Under the pieces are notes generated by a model that saw nothing but the letters and a program-made list of their open reading frames with translations, was not told the DNA's origin and did not search any database. This document shows, one piece after another, positions 43,869 to 64,000 of a DNA stretch of 64,000 nt. Numbering within the stretch: the first letter of the stretch is position 1; every line of letters starts with the position of its first letter. This DNA comes from the human T2T-CHM13v2.0 reference genome, Homo sapiens: the NCBI RefSeq assembly GCF_009914755.1, contig NC_060943.1. The stretch is one strand, 5' to 3'. Position numbers and translations under genes: made by a program.

Positions 43869-44294
43869 TGTATTAGGGTTCTCTAGAGGGACAAAACTAA
43901 TAGGATAGATATATATGTATAAAGGGGAGTTTATTTAGTTTTAACTCACATGATCACAAGGTCCCACAACAGGCCGTCTGCAAGCTGAGGAGCAAAGAGA
44001 GTCAGTCTGAGTCCCAAAACTGAAGAACTTGGAGTCTGATGTTTGAGGGAAGGAAGAATCCAGCACGGGAGAAAGATGAAGGCTAGGCCAATGTAACCTT
44101 TTCACATTTTCCTGCCTGCTTTTGTATGCTGGTTGTGCTGGCAGCTGACTAGATGGTGCCCACCCAGATTAAGGGTGGGTCTGCCTTTTCCAGCCCACTG
44201 ACTCAAATGTTAATCTCCCTTGGCAACACTCAAAGATACACCCAGGATCAATACTTTGCATCCTTCAATCAAGTTGACAGTATTAACCATCATA
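43869..44294 (-). mobile_element. MLT2A (ERVL) solo LTR
   Basis: tgtattagggttctctagaggg...cagtattaaccatca termini; 5-bp TSD ggcct (43864-43868, 44295-44299). Confidence 0.9.
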
Positions 44295-45126
44295 GGCCTG
44301 GGCTGGAGGGAGACTTCAGATGTCTGAGGGAAGTGAGGGTTTATTCTGCACACAGGCTGTCACATTGTACATTGTCCTGCTATTCTGGGTCTCCTAGGGT
44401 GAGAGGGAAGAGAGAGTAAAAATGTTCTGAGAACTTATTCCCTCTCCCCACTTTGGTGCCAACCCCCACATGATTCTGACCCACTCTTGACCATACCCAC
44501 TAAAAATTGACACGGCCACTCCTCTCCCAGGACAAGGTTTTACCCTCAGGAATTATGCCCACAATAGCTTTGCCCCTAGAGTTTTCTGCCAAGAATATAC
44601 ACAGGTGCCTAGAAGACTTCTCGCTTATCTCAACCCCAGACACAATCTGTAGCAGGAACTTGTCTCCTTCACCAACACAGGCTTCTGGACCTCCTGATTA
44701 TAATCTCTTCTGCCTGTACAGACACAAAGTTTTCTGAAACAAAGAGATTTACTAATGTTAATTTATTGTTCTATTTGATTCTTGTATCTTTGTCCCACAT
44801 TTTCTGTCTCTTTGTGTCTTCTTTATTTTTATTTTATATGCTTTTACTTCTTCCTTATTTTGTTTTGTGTATGTATATAGATGTATTCTTTGTGCTAAGA
44901 AATTTATTTTTGTGTATGTGCATATCTTTCCCAGAAAATAATGTATTTTAATATGATTATATGTTGTTTTGTTGAGTCTTGTTATTTACATTGGAAGCAA
45001 CTGCCTTCAGCGCCTTTTATATATAAGGCAGTGCCAATATACTTCTTTAGAATTCATTTATTTTTGAAGTTTTTTTTTTCTTTTTATTTAGCAGGACAGA
45101 TTTTGTGATGGTATTATACTCACTTG

Positions 45127-45128
<2 letters not shown>

Positions 45129-45195
<67 letters not shown>
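45129..45195. repeat. (TA)n followed by polyT
   Basis: Visible; absent in the paralogue near 3038-3050. Confidence 0.9.
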
Positions 45196-45292
45196 CAGAA
45201 CTTTGACTATATCACACAATATCCTTCTGGCCTGCAAAATTTTTCTTGAGAATCCACTTGCTATCTCATAAGAGTATTCTTGCAAATAACAC

Positions 45293-47118
<1,826 letters not shown>

Positions 47119-47371
47119 GGAATTTACTTCTAAAGGCATTATGTTATATTGGGAAGCAGGAATAGCCATGTTGGGTAAATGTAACAAACATTTGCTTTTC
47201 CCTTCTGTGTGACTTTGTGCTCACCTGGGGTACTTCAAACACTTAACTCATTTATAATTTTTTCTCAGATATATTTTGGTTAGTATGTTTTCATTACATA
47301 TAAAGAATTAGAGCCTTTGGTATTTTGCTATGCTATCTGGTTTATGCAGTTTGTATAATATTATAATTTAG

Positions 47372-50850
<3,479 letters not shown>

Positions 50851-51821
50851 TATATTTGAGAAAAATTGTAGAAATATAGACTGTGAAAAAGACGTCAATA
50901 TCTGCTCACATCTTACTAAACACCAGAGAGTTCATGCTTAATAAAAGCATGATAAGTGCAATTACTGCCAAAAGATCTTTCAGAAAATATTATCCTTTAA
51001 AGTGAAGGAGAGTATTTATATTAAAGATGAACATTACAACCATAAAGAGGGTTGAAGTACCTTTACTTGTATCAGATCTTATTGTCCACATTTTGTACTA
51101 CAGAAAAACTCTGAAGAGGTCACTCAAACTTTGTTCAACATCAGGGAATTTATATTGGAGAGCTGTCTTGCAAATGTAATAAATTTGGGAAAACAAATTT
51201 TCAAAAACTACAGCTTAGAAAACACCAGAGTTTATACGAAAATATATTTTCAAAGGTGTAGTAAAAATAAAAAAAATTTTAATCCAAATTTGTCTATGTA
51301 AATACCAGAATTTATAGTAGAAATATATGAGGAAGCGACACTTCGAATATTCTACTAAATGAGAGTTCTGAGTATAGAAAATAAAACTAAAGTTGGTAGA
51401 AAAATTATTTGTATATAATGTTAAGAGGAGTAAAAGATTTTTTGTAGAATAATAACTATATTCAGATTATACTTTGTTTCTTGAAAAAATTACAGATTTT
51501 TTGAAAAGCAAATGATGTAACTCAACTCATTATTTTCTGCTGTTTCTTCATTCTTATTCACTTGTGAAAGCTTGTGATCATTTGTTGCTGCATCAGAGGT
51601 ATGAGAGATTCTTCTTCATTAGATGGGCATTATTTATGATCTTTTCTATGGATGAGTAAGAATATTAAAATGTAAGATGCATGGTGAAAATCTAAGTGGA
51701 GAGGTTCTTTGTGGTTAACTTATACTATTGAGTGATGCACAAGGTAGGTGTTAAGAGTAATATTCTTTTGCATTATGAGAAAACTAGTATATTATTCATA
51801 TATTTTACTAATTGTACTTTT

Positions 51822-51969
51822 TTTATTATACTTTAAGTTTTAGGGTACATGTGCACAATGTGCAGGTTAGTTACATATGTATACATGTGCCATGCTGGTG
51901 TGCTGCACCCACTAACTCGTCATCTAGCATTAGGTATATCTCCCAATGCTATCCTTCCCCCCTCCCCCC
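51822..51969 (-). mobile_element. Young (L1PA2/3-like) 5'-truncated L1 3' end
   Basis: ttattatactttaagttttagggtacatgtgcacaatgtgcagg...; TSD aattgtactttt at 51810-51821 and 51970-51981. Confidence 0.92.
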
Positions 51970-52074
51970 AATTGTACTTTTATATAATAAAATGCAGTAC
52001 ATTTTAAAAAATTTTAAATTGTGTGAAGGTAACTGTTTCAACATTTTTAACATGGTAAATATTATTGTGCATTC

Positions 52075-52080
52075 AATAAA
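52075..52080 (+). terminator. Candidate ZNF493 polyadenylation signal
   Basis: AATAAA followed by GT-rich sequence; a second AATAAA lies near 51986. Confidence 0.5.
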
Positions 52081-52469
52081 GTGTTGTTATGCCACAAAGA
52101 TTAACATTTTCCACCTTACCAAATGGCATACGTAAAAGATGGTAACAATATACTATTTGGTAACATCATGGACTAACATCTGTAGTCATCTCTTTTGCCA
52201 GTGGCTTCGAACTGCAAATAAGTTAAAGAATATTGTTCTTATAGGTTAAATTTTTATTTTTATTTTAATCATTTAAATTTATTTTTCTTAATTTTTGTGG
52301 GTACATGAGTTTATATACTTATGCCATATATGGCATATTTTGATACACAAATACAATATGTAATAATCACATTGGGATACGTGTGGTATCCATCACCTCT
52401 AGCACTTATTTCTTTGTATTAAAAACAACCCAATTCTACACTTTTACTTATTTTAACATGTACAATTAT

Positions 52470-54930
<2,461 letters not shown>

Positions 54931-55196
54931 CAGAAATATTTTAATTTTAAAATGTAAATTATGACTGTTTACCTTCATTTCTGTGCATTTTTTGGTTAAT
55001 ATTATGGCTGATTGACAACATGTTTTAAGAAAACTTCTTGGACCAAAGCCATTACTTTATTAACGTAATTTGAGACAAAATAGCAATGAAAGTCAACATT
55101 GATGAGTGAAACAGTTATGATCTAGTCCCTGGTAATCATTTCCTCTCCCACCCAACATGCAAGCACCATCTTTGTGTCATCTCTCCCAGTTCTAAG

Positions 55197-64000
<8,804 letters not shown>

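Overview
Human (primate) genomic DNA from a ZNF91-subfamily KRAB zinc-finger cluster, recognisable as the 19p12 ZNF738-ZNF493 pair, both on the + strand. 1-~13.7 kb is the 3' half of ZNF738: a KRAB-B exon, a C2H2 exon cut short by TAA at 8212-8214, and a long decayed finger array. 21.7-52.1 kb is the complete four-exon ZNF493 (spliced ORF 2325 nt, 774 aa). The two genes are tandem paralogues, so each serves as the empty-site control for the other's insertions. Inserted elements are an ISCA1 processed pseudogene (17-bp TSD), a solo LTR12, an antisense HERV-K(HML-3)/MER9 provirus in ZNF493 intron 3, MLT2 and MER21-like LTRs, L1 fragments, about 40 Alus, and a large ERV3-like class I provirus running off the right edge. 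I find no evidence of a wholly new biological system. The notable signals are local evolutionary and regulatory ones: a TSD-less provirus accompanied by foreign DNA, an Alu-derived KRAB-only terminal exon, a dormant N-terminal exon, templated fold-back repair scars, Alu-Alu recombination products, a perfect 106-bp duplication, and an ISCA1 retrocopy whose ORF is intact apart from one Alu. Gene and repeat family names come from recall, not database searches.
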